Source: an uncultured Methylococcaceae bacterium (GTDB lineage Bacteria; Pseudomonadota; Gammaproteobacteria; Methylococcales; Methylomonadaceae). From it: 55,496 bases of DNA. Made by a program: the position numbers and the translations under genes. Positions 1-10,173 of the stretch are shown piece by piece (the first letter of the stretch is position 1; the number at the start of each line of letters is the position of its first letter). The stretch spans positions 1-55,496 of the forward strand of contig CAIVYW010000484.1 of NCBI GenBank assembly GCA_903910205.1. Reading direction: 5' to 3'. The notes below the pieces were generated by a model. The model saw only the letters and a program-made list of their open reading frames with translations. It had not been told where the DNA came from and did no database searches.

Positions 1-69
1 AAAAATATTGCTGGGAGAGAGCAATGCGGCATTAAGCGCGATAGGCGATTGTTTGAAAGGAATATTCAT
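1..69 (-). CDS. 5' end of an unidentified gene running off the left edge (partial)
   Basis: ATG at 69 (minus strand) opens MNIPFKQSPIALNAALLSPSNIF with no stop before the edge; divergent from the carbonic anhydrase gene. Confidence 0.3.
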   Translation of the reverse strand, partial: MNIPFKQSPIALNAALLSPSNIF

Positions 70-189
70 CGGTTAGTAATTATTTTAGCGTAGGTGACTA
101 TTCTATCATTATTGGCTGGATTATAGGACAGCCTCCTAGCATCACTTTACACAACACCCGTACCTTTAATCATCCCCCGTCTAGCATTG

Positions 190-290
190 CCGCCCTTAGT
201 CTCTGGATTTCAGTAGTCTATGTAGGCATGACGACTCGTGTAGATCTGACGGCAGAGCATATACACAGCCAATAAGGCCGCTTGCCGTAT
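190..290 (+). promoter_or_regulatory. candidate structured 5' leader of the carbonic anhydrase gene
   Basis: GC-richer than its surroundings; ACGGCAGAGC (249-258) can pair with GCTTGCCGT (280-288), and TCAG/CTGA and AGTC/GACT can pair upstream. Confidence 0.3.
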
Positions 291-322
291 AATTCACCTA
301 TATTTCTTAACAATGATAATTT

Positions 323-961
323 ATGTATAAACATCCGCTATTTAATCGCGAAAACATGTCTCCACAAGAGGCTTTAGATATTTTAATTGAAGGCAATCAT
401 CGCTTTACCAATAACTTATCGCTTAGCAAAGATTTACTGCATCTTGTTATGCTGACTAAAGATAAACAGCACCCCTTTACCTCGGTATTAAGTTGCAGTG
501 ATTCGCGCGCACCCGTTGAAATGTTGTTTGATCAAGCCTTAGGTGATGTGTTTAGTGTGCGCTTGGCAGGCAATATTGCCTCTGATAAGGCCATTGGCAG
601 CCTTGAATTTAGCTCTAAATATTTAGGCAGTAAACTTATCGTCGTGTTGGGACATACTGATTGCGGTGCAGTAAAAGCCGCTTGTGATAATTTTAGAGAA
701 GGCCATATTGGTGAAATTATTAATTTAATTCGTCCTGCGGTACGCATGGAAAAAACCACGACAGGACATCGTGATTCTTCAAATACCGTCTTTTTAAACA
801 AGGTCTGTGCGCTTAACGTGCGTGTACAAATCGATGAAATCATGCACAGCAGTGACATTATTCAAGATATGTTAGCCGCTAAACAAATAGGCATGATAGG
901 CGGTGTTTATAATCTAGCGACAGGAGAAGTCAGCTTTTTACCCGACACCTTGATGCTGTAA
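323..961 (+). CDS. beta-class carbonic anhydrase
   Basis: Zn-ligand motifs CSDSR and GHTDCGA; N-terminal EGNxRF. Confidence 0.93.
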   Translation: MYKHPLFNRENMSPQEALDILIEGNHRFTNNLSLSKDLLHLVMLTKDKQHPFTSVLSCSDSRAPVEMLFDQALGDVFSVRLAGNIASDKAIGSLEFSSKYLGSKLIVVLGHTDCGAVKAACDNFREGHIGEIINLIRPAVRMEKTTTGHRDSSNTVFLNKVCALNVRVQIDEIMHSSDIIQDMLAAKQIGMIGGVYNLATGEVSFLPDTLML

Positions 962-1047
962 CCTAACTTGAGTGGGTTTTTTACTCATAAAGGCAACGGA
1001 TGCATCATTCGCCTGATTGAATATAGATTTAAGACCGATACTTTATT

Positions 1048-1512
1048 TTAATTCCCCCCTAAAAACCCCAGTTGTCGCCACGACTCATAACTTACTAAAG
1101 CCACTGCATTTGATAAATTCATACTGCGATTATTGGGATGCATAGGGATTCTTAATTGATGCTCTGCCGGTAAAGACTGATGAATATAATCAGGAAGGCC
1201 GGCCGTTTCAGAACCAAACAATAAAACATCACCCGATTGATAATCTATATTGGTATAGATATTTGTGCCTTTTGTGGTAATGGCTAAGATTCGATTGCCC
1301 TGCATAGCGAGTAAGAAGGTTTGGTAATCTGGGTACCGGCTAATTTTAGCTAAATCAAAATAATCTAGCCCAGAACGACGTAGGTTTTTTTCTTCAAAGT
1401 CAAAGCCCAATGGCTCTATCAGATGTAAATGGTAGCCATTATTCGCAGTCAGACGAATAATATTGCCAGTATTTTGCGGAATTTTAGGTTCAAATAGTGC
1501 AATATTTAACAT
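1048..1512 (-). CDS. trmL: tRNA (cytidine/uridine-34 2'-O)-methyltransferase TrmL
   Basis: [22 protein letters not shown] and [13 protein letters not shown] motifs. Confidence 0.95.
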   Translation of the reverse strand: MLNIALFEPKIPQNTGNIIRLTANNGYHLHLIEPLGFDFEEKNLRRSGLDYFDLAKISRYPDYQTFLLAMQGNRILAITTKGTNIYTNIDYQSGDVLLFGSETAGLPDYIHQSLPAEHQLRIPMHPNNRSMNLSNAVALVSYESWRQLGFLGGN

Positions 1513-1589
1513 GTTTTTGTTTGAGGGTCTTTAAGGTAAGCTGTTATTATCGGAAATTATTCTTTTTACACAACTTGAGGATAAACTAT

Positions 1590-2591
1590 TTGTTAATCGA
1601 AACAAGCTTTAAAGCAGCATGGTGGTTAAAGAACCCTCATTTACAAACCTTATATCCTGCCTTAATAAGACACACTCCCACATTAGCTTTACGTCGCGAG
1701 CGCTTAATAACGCCAGACTATGATTTTATTGATCTTGATTGGTATGGTGAAAGTCATCAGCCCTTAGTTATTTTATTACATGGCTTATCGGGTAGTTCTC
1801 ATTCTAGCTACATCAATGGCTTGCAACGATCGCTGTTAAACAAAGGTTTTCGTAGTGTTGCTTTAAATTTTCGAGGCTGTAGTGGTGAATATAACCATAC
1901 TGCACGCTGCTATCATTCTGGTGAAACTGAAGACATACATTTTCTTTATCAAACACTACGGCAACGAGAACCTAACACAGCTATTGCCGCTGTCGGTTTT
2001 TCTTTAGGGGGTAATGTCTTGCTAAAATGGTTAGGAGAACAAACTTCTCAGCTTTCCTTGTTTGCTGCTGTTGCCGTTTCAGTGCCCTTTTTGTTAAATG
2101 CTTGCGCAACAAAATTGGATCAAGGCTTTTCTAAAGTTTATCGTCGCCATTTACTCGATGAATTAAAAGAGTATATTCGAGAAAAACATCTTTATTTACA
2201 GCATATTAATCAACATGAAGAAGCAAATAAACTTGCCCAGTTAGGTGATTTATCTGATATTAACTCGTTTTGGCAATACGATGATCGAGTCGTTGCAAAA
2301 CTGCATGGCTTTAAAAACAGCCTAGATTATTATCAGCGCTCTAGTTCTCGGCAATTTCTTAAAGCCATAACGGTGCCCACCTTATTAATCCAAGCGAGTG
2401 ATGATCCCTTTATAACCCGCGCAGTGGTTCCTGACCTAGATGAACTAGCTTCCTGCGTACAATTAGAACAAACCGTAGCAGGAGGGCATGTTGGCTTTGT
2501 AATGGGCAATAATCCTTTTAAACCCAACTTTTGGTTAGATCAGCGTATTCCTGAGTTTTTGGCGTTATTTTCAAAAGCCACTAATCAATAA
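1590..2591 (+). CDS. YheT-family alpha/beta hydrolase
   Basis: NPHLQT, HGLSGSS, GFSLGGN nucleophile elbow and GGHVGF; start moved to the in-frame TTG at 1590 behind a GAGG RBS. Confidence 0.88.
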   Translation: MLIETSFKAAWWLKNPHLQTLYPALIRHTPTLALRRERLITPDYDFIDLDWYGESHQPLVILLHGLSGSSHSSYINGLQRSLLNKGFRSVALNFRGCSGEYNHTARCYHSGETEDIHFLYQTLRQREPNTAIAAVGFSLGGNVLLKWLGEQTSQLSLFAAVAVSVPFLLNACATKLDQGFSKVYRRHLLDELKEYIREKHLYLQHINQHEEANKLAQLGDLSDINSFWQYDDRVVAKLHGFKNSLDYYQRSSSRQFLKAITVPTLLIQASDDPFITRAVVPDLDELASCVQLEQTVAGGHVGFVMGNNPFKPNFWLDQRIPEFLALFSKATNQ

Positions 2592-2666
2592 AATCATTTG
2601 ATTCAACTATTGTTAACTATCAACTTATGATATGATTAGCGACTTTTATTGTTGAGACTGTAATAA

Positions 2667-2885
2667 ATGGCCAAAGAAGATCAGATTGAAATGGAAGGCA
2701 AGGTAATTGACACGCTTCCTAATACTATGTTCCGTGTCGAACTTGAAAACGGTCATGTTGTGACCGCTCACATTTCAGGAAAAATGCGTAAACATTATAT
2801 CCGTATATTAACGGGTGATAGTGTTAAAGTTGAAATGACCCCTTATGATTTAAGTAAAGGACGTATTACTTTCCGTATGCGCTAA
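2667..2885 (+). CDS. infA: translation initiation factor IF-1
   Basis: [13 protein letters not shown]...AHISGKMR...PYDLSKGRI. Confidence 0.98.
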   Translation: MAKEDQIEMEGKVIDTLPNTMFRVELENGHVVTAHISGKMRKHYIRILTGDSVKVEMTPYDLSKGRITFRMR

Positions 2886-2899
2886 TACCATCTCACGAT

Positions 2900-2924
2900 G
2901 GTTACTCCTCGATAAGGAGTAACC
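2900..2924. terminator. hairpin between convergent infA and clpA (probable terminator)
   Basis: perfect 10-bp stem GGTTACTCCT/AGGAGTAACC with a 5-nt loop; no strong U-tract. Confidence 0.55.
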
Positions 2925-2986
2925 CGACATCCATTAATAGATTTACGTAAGTTTTCTAATTAAATGATAGCAACTGAGTTGCCGTA

Positions 2987-5257
2987 TTAAAAATCGGCCT
3001 CAGAAACGACCAATTCATTGCTTTCTATTTCAAAACATACGTCGTCTTTTTCTATGTAAATTCTGACATGACCGCCTTTGGTGAGCTTGCCAAACAGCAA
3101 GTCATTGGCTAACGGTTTCTTGATTTTTTCTTGGATTAAGCGTGCCATAGGTCTTGCTCCCATCTTGGCGTCACAACCATTTTCAGCTAGCCATAATCGA
3201 GCATCAGCACCCAAGGCTAACGTTACATGCTTTTCGCTAAGCATAGCCTCTAGCTCAAAAATAAATTTATCAACCACAGAACCTACGATTGATATATCAA
3301 GAGGCTTAAATTGAATGATTGCATCTAAGCGATTACGAAATTCAGGACTAAAGCCTTTTTCTATGATTTTCATGCTATCGGTCGCATGATCTTGCTGAGT
3401 AAAGCCCATAGTGGCGCGACTCCCCTCTTCTGCGCCCGCATTGGTGGTCATGACTAAAATAATGTTGCGGAAATCGGCTTTACGCCCATTATTGTCAGTC
3501 AATGAACCATGATCCATAACTTGCAATAATAGATTAAAGACGTCAGGATGTGCTTTTTCTAGCTCATCTAGCAACAACACCGCATGAGGATGTTTATTAA
3601 CTTGCTCAGTTAATAAACCACCTTGATCAAAACCAACATAACCCGGGGGCGCACCAATAAGCCGAGATACGGTATGTCGCTCCATATATTCGGACATATC
3701 AAAACGGATTAATTCTACGCCTAATACTTTGGCTAATTGCCGAGTGACTTCTGTCTTACCTACGCCAGTTGGGCCTGCAAATATAAATGAGCCTATGGTC
3801 TTTTGAGCATCTCTCAATCCAGCACGCGATAATTTTATCGCCGAAGCTAAAGCAGAAATCGCCTCATCTTGGCCAAACACGAGCATTTTCAAGTTTTTCT
3901 CAAGATTAGCGAGTTTATCAATATCATTAGAAGACACTGATCTTGCTGGCACTCTAGCAATTTTTGAAACGATATCTTCTATTTCAGCCACGTCAATTTC
4001 CTCTTTACGAGTAGCGGCTGTGGCCATACGCTGCTTTGCACCAGCTTCGTCAATGACATCAATGGCTTTATCAGGTAAATGTCTATCGGTAATATAGCGA
4101 TCCGATAATTCAGCAGCCACACGTAATGCTTCAGCAGAATATCTCACATTATGATGCTCTTCAAAGCGTGATTTGAGACCCTTTAAAATCAAGATAGTAT
4201 CTTCTACGGAGGGCTCTAAAACATCAATCTTTTGAAATCTACGCGCCAAAGCATGGTCTTTCTCAAAGATGCCACGATATTCTTGATACGTAGTTGAACC
4301 TATGCAACGCAACTGACCAGAAGCTAATGAGGGCTTAATTAAGTTAGAAGCATCCATGACACCACCTGAAGCCGATCCGGCACCGATAATGGTATGAATC
4401 TCATCAATAAATAATATAAAATCAGGCTCTTTTTTAAGCTGATTCATTAATGCTTTAAGACGCTTTTCAAAATCACCACGATACTTAGTACCTGCGACCA
4501 ATGCACCTAGATCTAAAGAATAGATCACACTATTCATTAAAATGTCTGGCACTTCTTTATCAACAATCCTTTTTGCTAAACCTTCAGCAATAGCTGTTTT
4601 GCCGACCCCTGCCTCCCCGACTAACAGTGGATTATTTTTACGACGGCGACAAAGTGTTTGAATAGTGCGCTCAAGCTCAAGTTCTCTACCAATTAAGGGA
4701 TCAATGCGTCCCTGTAAGGCTTCTTCATTAAGATTGGTAGTGTACTTTTCTAAAGGACTACCTGCTTCGCCCTCAGTACCAGCAAAATCCGATGATGAGT
4801 CTTTTTGACTATCATGATCGTGGTCTATTTTTGAAATGCCATGGGCAAGATAATTAACGACATCCAATCGCGATATGTCTTGTTTATTCAAGAGATAAAC
4901 GGCATGAGAATCTTGTTCGCTGAACAACGCTACAAATAAATTAGCACCAGTCACTTCTTTTTTATCAGAAGCCTGAACATGAAAAACGGCTCGCTGCAAC
5001 ACCCTCTGAAAACCTAAGGTAGGTTGAGTTTCGCGCTCAATACCCAAAGGAATTAATGAAATAGTGTCATTAATAAAATGTACTAATTGTTCACGTAATA
5101 TGACAAGATCGCAGCCACAAGCTTTCATGACATCTTCTGCTGAACGATTATCAAGCAATGCCAATAACAAATGCTCAACCGTAATAAATTCATGACGGCT
5201 ATCATGTGTGTTTTTAAAGGCAGTATTTAAGGTAACTTCAAGTTCTTTACTTAACAT
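2987..5257 (-). CDS. clpA: ATP-dependent Clp protease ATP-binding subunit ClpA
   Basis: two AAA modules ([16 protein letters not shown]); directly downstream of clpS. Confidence 0.97.
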   Translation of the reverse strand: MLSKELEVTLNTAFKNTHDSRHEFITVEHLLLALLDNRSAEDVMKACGCDLVILREQLVHFINDTISLIPLGIERETQPTLGFQRVLQRAVFHVQASDKKEVTGANLFVALFSEQDSHAVYLLNKQDISRLDVVNYLAHGISKIDHDHDSQKDSSSDFAGTEGEAGSPLEKYTTNLNEEALQGRIDPLIGRELELERTIQTLCRRRKNNPLLVGEAGVGKTAIAEGLAKRIVDKEVPDILMNSVIYSLDLGALVAGTKYRGDFEKRLKALMNQLKKEPDFILFIDEIHTIIGAGSASGGVMDASNLIKPSLASGQLRCIGSTTYQEYRGIFEKDHALARRFQKIDVLEPSVEDTILILKGLKSRFEEHHNVRYSAEALRVAAELSDRYITDRHLPDKAIDVIDEAGAKQRMATAATRKEEIDVAEIEDIVSKIARVPARSVSSNDIDKLANLEKNLKMLVFGQDEAISALASAIKLSRAGLRDAQKTIGSFIFAGPTGVGKTEVTRQLAKVLGVELIRFDMSEYMERHTVSRLIGAPPGYVGFDQGGLLTEQVNKHPHAVLLLDELEKAHPDVFNLLLQVMDHGSLTDNNGRKADFRNIILVMTTNAGAEEGSRATMGFTQQDHATDSMKIIEKGFSPEFRNRLDAIIQFKPLDISIVGSVVDKFIFELEAMLSEKHVTLALGADARLWLAENGCDAKMGARPMARLIQEKIKKPLANDLLFGKLTKGGHVRIYIEKDDVCFEIESNELVVSEADF

Positions 5258-5269
5258 AAACGTTCCTAA

Positions 5270-5593
5270 TTAGACAATTTCCATCGAACACATTAACGGG
5301 TGCTGATAGCTTCGTGAATATTCATTGACTATATAGACCTTGGTCTCAGCCACATCTTTACTATACGTTCCGCAAACACCAACCCCTTGAGTATGTATTT
5401 GCAGCATCACTTGAGTGGCTTTTTGCTCAGACATAGCAAAAAAGTCCATTAAAATTTCAATGACAAAATCCATAGGCGTAAAGTCGTCATTTAATAAAAT
5501 AACTTTATACAAAGGAGGTCTTTTTAGTTTGGGTTTAGCATCTTGGAGTGCTACCCCACTATCATTATCTTCGTGCGGTTGAAAATCAGACAT
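5270..5593 (-). CDS. clpS: Clp protease adaptor ClpS
   Basis: PPLYKVILLNDDFTPMDFV motif. Confidence 0.96.
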   Translation of the reverse strand: MSDFQPHEDNDSGVALQDAKPKLKRPPLYKVILLNDDFTPMDFVIEILMDFFAMSEQKATQVMLQIHTQGVGVCGTYSKDVAETKVYIVNEYSRSYQHPLMCSMEIV

Positions 5594-5602
5594 AAATTAA
5601 AT

Positions 5603-5642
5603 AAATAAACAAATAAACAAATAAACAAATAAACAAATAAAC
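5603..5642. repeat. octanucleotide microsatellite (AAATAAAC)x5 in the clpS leader
   Basis: five perfect consecutive units ending 9 nt upstream of the clpS ATG. Confidence 0.95.
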
Positions 5643-5829
5643 AACTAAAGTATGTAACATGCTGCCAATGGTAGAGTATTTCAAGCCTATGTAAATAACA
5701 AATTTTCAATACCTTAAAAGTAAATACTCTGTTTGAACTCTAAATAGGCTTGGCAGATTCATTTTTACCAACATCAGTTGCTTTAATCTAGTAACATATT
5801 ATTTTTTTATTACCCGTCGGAAATCATCA

Positions 5830-6288
5830 ATGGTTTGGAAACCACACGTTACTGTTGCCGCTATCATCCAACAAGATAATCGTTTTTTGCTCGTGGAAGA
5901 AGAGACAGCACATGGATTACAATTTAACCAGCCTGCAGGGCATTTAGAAGAAAACGAAGATTTAATTACCGCTGTCTGTCGCGAAACATTAGAAGAAACT
6001 GCTTGGATATTCGAGCCCGAGCACATTATTTCTTTACAACTTTGGCGAAAAAATCTTGAATCACCCACGTTTCTTCGCGTCTGCTTTTCTGGTCACTGTC
6101 ACAGCCATAACCCCAAGCAAAAGCTAGATGATGGCATCGTTGCGACTCACTGGCTTACACGCGATGAAATCGCAGCATCACAACATCGTTTACGCAGCCC
6201 TTTAGTCCTGACTAGCGTAGATGAATACCTCAGTGGCCAACGCCACCCATTATCTTTACTAAAAGTACTCCTCTCAAACCATGAGTAA
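5830..6288 (+). CDS. nudJ: NUDIX hydrolase, NudJ-like
   Basis: WKPHVTVAA and NQPAGHLE...RETLEET Nudix box; conserved position upstream of mnmA. Confidence 0.88.
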   Translation: MVWKPHVTVAAIIQQDNRFLLVEEETAHGLQFNQPAGHLEENEDLITAVCRETLEETAWIFEPEHIISLQLWRKNLESPTFLRVCFSGHCHSHNPKQKLDDGIVATHWLTRDEIAASQHRLRSPLVLTSVDEYLSGQRHPLSLLKVLLSNHE

Positions 6289-7375
6289 AAATATAATTGT
6301 CGGCATGTCTGGCGGCGTTGATTCTTCAGTCACGGCATTACTACTCCTAGAACAAGGCCATCAAGTCAGTGGTCTATTTATGAAGAACTGGGAAGAGGAT
6401 GAAGGCACTGAATATTGCACCGCTATGGAAGACCTTGCTGATGCACAACAAGTTTGCGATAAACTGGGCATCACACTAAAAACGGTTAACTTTGCAGCCG
6501 AATACTGGGATGAGGTATTTGAAGTATTCTTATCTGAATTTAAAGCCGGACGCACCCCTAATCCAGACATACTCTGCAATAAGCATGTTAAATTTAAAGC
6601 CTTTCTAAATTATGCTATTGACGATTTGGGCGCCGATTACATAGCAACTGGTCACTATGCACAAGTCGCTGAAAAAAATGGCGAGTTTTTCTTATTAAAG
6701 GGTCTTGACCCTAATAAGGAGCAAAGTTATTTTTTATATACCCTAGGACAAAAAGCCTTATCAAAAACACTCTTTCCTATTGGCCATCTGCATAAACCAG
6801 AACTCCGTGCTTTAGCTAAAAAAGCAGGCTTTGATAATCATAAGAAAAAAGACAGTACTGGCATTTGTTTTATCGGTGAGCGTAAATTCACTGAATTCTT
6901 GCAGCGTTACTTACCAACTCAGCCTGGTGAAATGATTACCCCAGAAGGCCAATATATTGGCAAACATCAAGGCTTAATGTATTACACCTTAGGACAAAGG
7001 CAAGGATTAGGTATTGGGGGCGTCAAGAATGCACCAGACGAACCTTGGTATGTACTCGATAAAGATTTAGACAACAATAGATTGATTGTTGGCCAAGGTC
7101 ATGACCATCCGCTGATGCTACATAACACGCTGGAAGCCAATCAATTAGATTGGTGTAGCAATCAAGCGTTAACCGAAACCATACATTGCACAGCCAAAAC
7201 GCGCTATCGACAAACCGATCAAGCCTGCAAGGTAATTCCACTAGGCAATGACCGCTGTCGCGTGTTATTTGATCAACCGCAACGAGCCATTACTCCTGGA
7301 CAATCAGTTGTTTTTTATCAAGATGAAGTGTGTTTAGGTGGCGGCATTATTGAATGCAAGTCAAACAATTATTAA
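6281..7375 (+). CDS. mnmA: tRNA 2-thiouridine(34) synthase MnmA
   Basis: SGGVDS PP-loop, [26 protein letters not shown]. Confidence 0.98.
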   Translation: MSKNIIVGMSGGVDSSVTALLLLEQGHQVSGLFMKNWEEDEGTEYCTAMEDLADAQQVCDKLGITLKTVNFAAEYWDEVFEVFLSEFKAGRTPNPDILCNKHVKFKAFLNYAIDDLGADYIATGHYAQVAEKNGEFFLLKGLDPNKEQSYFLYTLGQKALSKTLFPIGHLHKPELRALAKKAGFDNHKKKDSTGICFIGERKFTEFLQRYLPTQPGEMITPEGQYIGKHQGLMYYTLGQRQGLGIGGVKNAPDEPWYVLDKDLDNNRLIVGQGHDHPLMLHNTLEANQLDWCSNQALTETIHCTAKTRYRQTDQACKVIPLGNDRCRVLFDQPQRAITPGQSVVFYQDEVCLGGGIIECKSNNY

Positions 7376-7505
7376 TCTGCTACTAACAAATCATCGAGAC
7401 CTAACCGCCTACCAAAAATATAACACAATAGTAACCAATAAATTGTTCGCGCTATTTACATCACTCTTAAATAACTAATGCTAGAGTTTTTTAGGTTCAT
7501 GGGCG

Positions 7506-7511
7506 TAAAAT
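7506..7511 (+). promoter_or_regulatory. -10 element for the 6S RNA gene
   Basis: TAAAAT followed by a GC-rich discriminator, about 10 nt before the predicted RNA 5' end. Confidence 0.5.
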
Positions 7512-7520
7512 AGCGCCCGT

Positions 7521-7697
7521 ATCTCCTGCAGTATTCGAGAGTGTGCTGGGTGTTTCCTGAACCTGTTTTTACCCCGGGGATGAAATCCGTTACTGGTGTG
7601 TATGCCCGTTTGATACGGGAAACCTAATTTATCGGTTACGTCCCCACTTGAACCTCCGGTTCAAGGACGAAAGCATATAACGATGCAGGCGGGAGAT
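7521..7697 (+). ncRNA. ssrS: 6S RNA
   Basis: about 177 nt; ends pair (ATCTCC/GGGAGAT); CCTGAACC in the 5' strand and the hallmark CTTGAACC-TCC-GGTTCAAG near the 3' end, matching the gammaproteobacterial 6S layout. Confidence 0.85.
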
Positions 7698-7956
7698 GCC
7701 GTTTTAATTCCCGATAGATTTAATCTCTTGCTCTACTTCAAAATCTTTCAGTCATTACCCGCTAACGATTAACGCATCAACATTGCTACACTACGTTACG
7801 TTATAACCCTAAAAAACCTGCACAGACCTCATCTATAATAAATATCATGTTTTCCAAACATGACGATACAGGCTTATTTATGTATAATGATCAATATTTT
7901 GTAAGTAAGCTAGACACGACTCATTCCACAAATACACTTAGAAGATGAGGTAAAAA

Positions 7957-8508
7957 ATGGTATCACTAGAAACGCCAGTTTGTGACTTTGGCACAAAAGC
8001 AATTGACTTTACCTTACCCGGCGTTGACGACCGCACTTGGTCACTACAAGAATGCATGGGTGAAAAAGGCTTGTTGATTATGTTTATCTGCAATCATTGC
8101 CCTTATGTTAAAGCTGTTCAAGATAGAATTGTTAGAGATGCCTTAGAACTTAAACAGTTCGGCATTGAATCTGTTGCTATTATGTCTAATGATCCAACCG
8201 ACTACCCAGACGATTCATTCGAGAATATGAAGCTCTTCGCCCAACGAATGAACTTTAGTTTTCCTTATTTATTTGATGAAAGTCAAACGATAGCTAAACA
8301 GTATGGTGCTGTCTGTACCCCTGATTTTTTTGGTTATAATGCCAACTTTGAGTTGCAGTACAGAGGCAGACTTGATGCGAGTCGTAAAGAGACCGCGCCA
8401 CCCGAGACTCGTCGCGACTTATTTGAAGCCATGAAGCTTATAGCCCAAACCGGCCAAGGCCCACAAGACCAAATTCCTAGCATGGGTTGCTCCATCAAAT
8501 GGAAATAA
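7957..8508 (+). CDS. thioredoxin-fold (AhpC/TSA-like) protein
   Basis: FICNHCPYV, GAVCTPDFF and C-terminal SMGCSIKWK. Confidence 0.92.
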   Translation: MVSLETPVCDFGTKAIDFTLPGVDDRTWSLQECMGEKGLLIMFICNHCPYVKAVQDRIVRDALELKQFGIESVAIMSNDPTDYPDDSFENMKLFAQRMNFSFPYLFDESQTIAKQYGAVCTPDFFGYNANFELQYRGRLDASRKETAPPETRRDLFEAMKLIAQTGQGPQDQIPSMGCSIKWK

Positions 8509-8573
8509 GCACCAGTACACATTAAGCAGAAAACCTTACATCACAAACAAACAACAAACCGAGAGCATAAAAT

Positions 8574-9746
8574 ATGTCGATACAAAGAATGGTTGATCTG
8601 GATTTATCAGGAAAACGTGTATTAATTCGCCAAGACTTAAACGTACCCGTAAAAAACGGTGTTGTTACTAGCGATCTTCGTATACAAGCCAGTATCCCAA
8701 CCATTGAAATAGCTTTAGCTGCGGGCGCTGCAGTTATGCTTTTATCACACTTAGGTCGACCTGTTGAAGGTCAATATGACGAAGCCTCTTCTTTAAAACC
8801 AGTCGCTGATCAATTAGCTAAGTTGCTAGGAAAGCCCGTCCGATTAGAAAAAGATTGGTTAGATGGTATCACTATAGCGCCAGGTGAAGTGGTACTCTGC
8901 GAAAACGTACGCTTTAATACGGGCGAAGAAAAAAACAGCGATGCTTTAGGCCAAAAAATGGCGGCCTTATGTGACATCTTTGTTATGGATGCCTTTGGTA
9001 CGGCACACAGAGCTCAAGCATCAACACACAGTGTTGCTAAATTTGCACCTATTGCTTGTGCTGGCCCTTTATTAGCTAGCGAACTAGATGCACTAGGCAA
9101 GGCGCTCGAAACACCAGCTAAACCCTTGCTTGCTATCGTCGGCGGCTCTAAAGTTTCTACTAAATTAACTGTATTAGAATCCCTCTCTGAAAAAGTAGAC
9201 CAACTCATTGTGGGCGGCGGCATTGCCAATACCTTTATTGCTGCAGCGGGCTTTCCAGTCGGTAAATCTCTATATGAAGCTGATTTAATACCCGAAGCAC
9301 AACGCTTAATTGCTGCTGCAAAAAAAGCAGGTTCAGACATTCCAATTCCTGTTGATGTGGTTTGCGCCAAAGAATTTTCTGATACCGCAATCGCTACCAT
9401 TAAGAACGTTGCTGACGTAGAAGCTGATGACTTAATTTTAGATATAGGTCCTGTTACAGCACAACAATATGCTGAATTAATAAAATCTGCTGGCACTATC
9501 GTTTGGAATGGCCCTGTAGGTGTATTTGAAATTGAGCAATTTAGTCATGGCACTCAAACACTGGCGACCGCAATTGCTGAAAGCAGTGCTTTTTCAATCG
9601 CAGGCGGCGGAGACACTCTTGCCGCTATCGATAAGTACAATATTAATGACAAGGTTTCTTACACCTCTACGGGAGGCGGTGCCTTTCTTGAATTTCTTGA
9701 AGGCAAAGAACTTCCTGCAGTGGCTATATTAAAATCCCGTAGCTAA
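8574..9746 (+). CDS. pgk: phosphoglycerate kinase
   Basis: [34 protein letters not shown]. Confidence 0.98.
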   Translation: MSIQRMVDLDLSGKRVLIRQDLNVPVKNGVVTSDLRIQASIPTIEIALAAGAAVMLLSHLGRPVEGQYDEASSLKPVADQLAKLLGKPVRLEKDWLDGITIAPGEVVLCENVRFNTGEEKNSDALGQKMAALCDIFVMDAFGTAHRAQASTHSVAKFAPIACAGPLLASELDALGKALETPAKPLLAIVGGSKVSTKLTVLESLSEKVDQLIVGGGIANTFIAAAGFPVGKSLYEADLIPEAQRLIAAAKKAGSDIPIPVDVVCAKEFSDTAIATIKNVADVEADDLILDIGPVTAQQYAELIKSAGTIVWNGPVGVFEIEQFSHGTQTLATAIAESSAFSIAGGGDTLAAIDKYNINDKVSYTSTGGGAFLEFLEGKELPAVAILKSRS

Positions 9747-9771
9747 AAATATCATTCAGTGAGGCAATAAA

Positions 9772-9804
9772 GGCTGATATCCTAGACCAACTCAGATATC
9801 AGCC
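9772..9804. terminator. hairpin after pgk
   Basis: 10-bp stem GGCTGATATC/GATATCAGCC, enclosed by an outer CAGTGAGG/CCTCACTG pair. Confidence 0.45.
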
Positions 9805-9922
9805 GCTATAGAATAAAGCTTATCAGCATTACACCTTGACCTCACTGGCTGTACCTTGTACCTTAGACCCCCTATCTGTTTGCGTAACAGACGGATAATT
9901 TTTCAATTACCTAGGTTTAAAA

Positions 9923-10162
9923 ATGGCAAGAATTACCATCGAAGATTGTTTAGATCATGTAGAAAACCGTTTCAAATTAGTTCTATTGGCAAGCACAAGA
10001 GCACGCCAACTCAGTCACGGAGCAACTGAATTTTTGCCACGCGGTAAAGATAAAGATACCGTTCTTGCCTTACGCGAAATAGCAGCGGGTCACGTTACGA
10101 CCGATAATATCAATCTACTGCATCGTGTCGGCGAGAGCCATGACCATAATCCAATGTTCTAA
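9923..10162 (+). CDS. rpoZ: RNA polymerase omega subunit
   Basis: MARITIEDC...[16 protein letters not shown]...ALREIA. Confidence 0.97.
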   Translation: MARITIEDCLDHVENRFKLVLLASTRARQLSHGATEFLPRGKDKDTVLALREIAAGHVTTDNINLLHRVGESHDHNPMF

Positions 10163-10173
10163 TATCGCTAACT

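Noticed and set aside
1497-1589. N-terminal extensions in the ORF track (also 13794-13889, 14090-14155, 22552-22629, 30432-30596)
   Set aside because: downstream starts fit the family N-termini better and several have a clear RBS; some extensions overlap divergent genes
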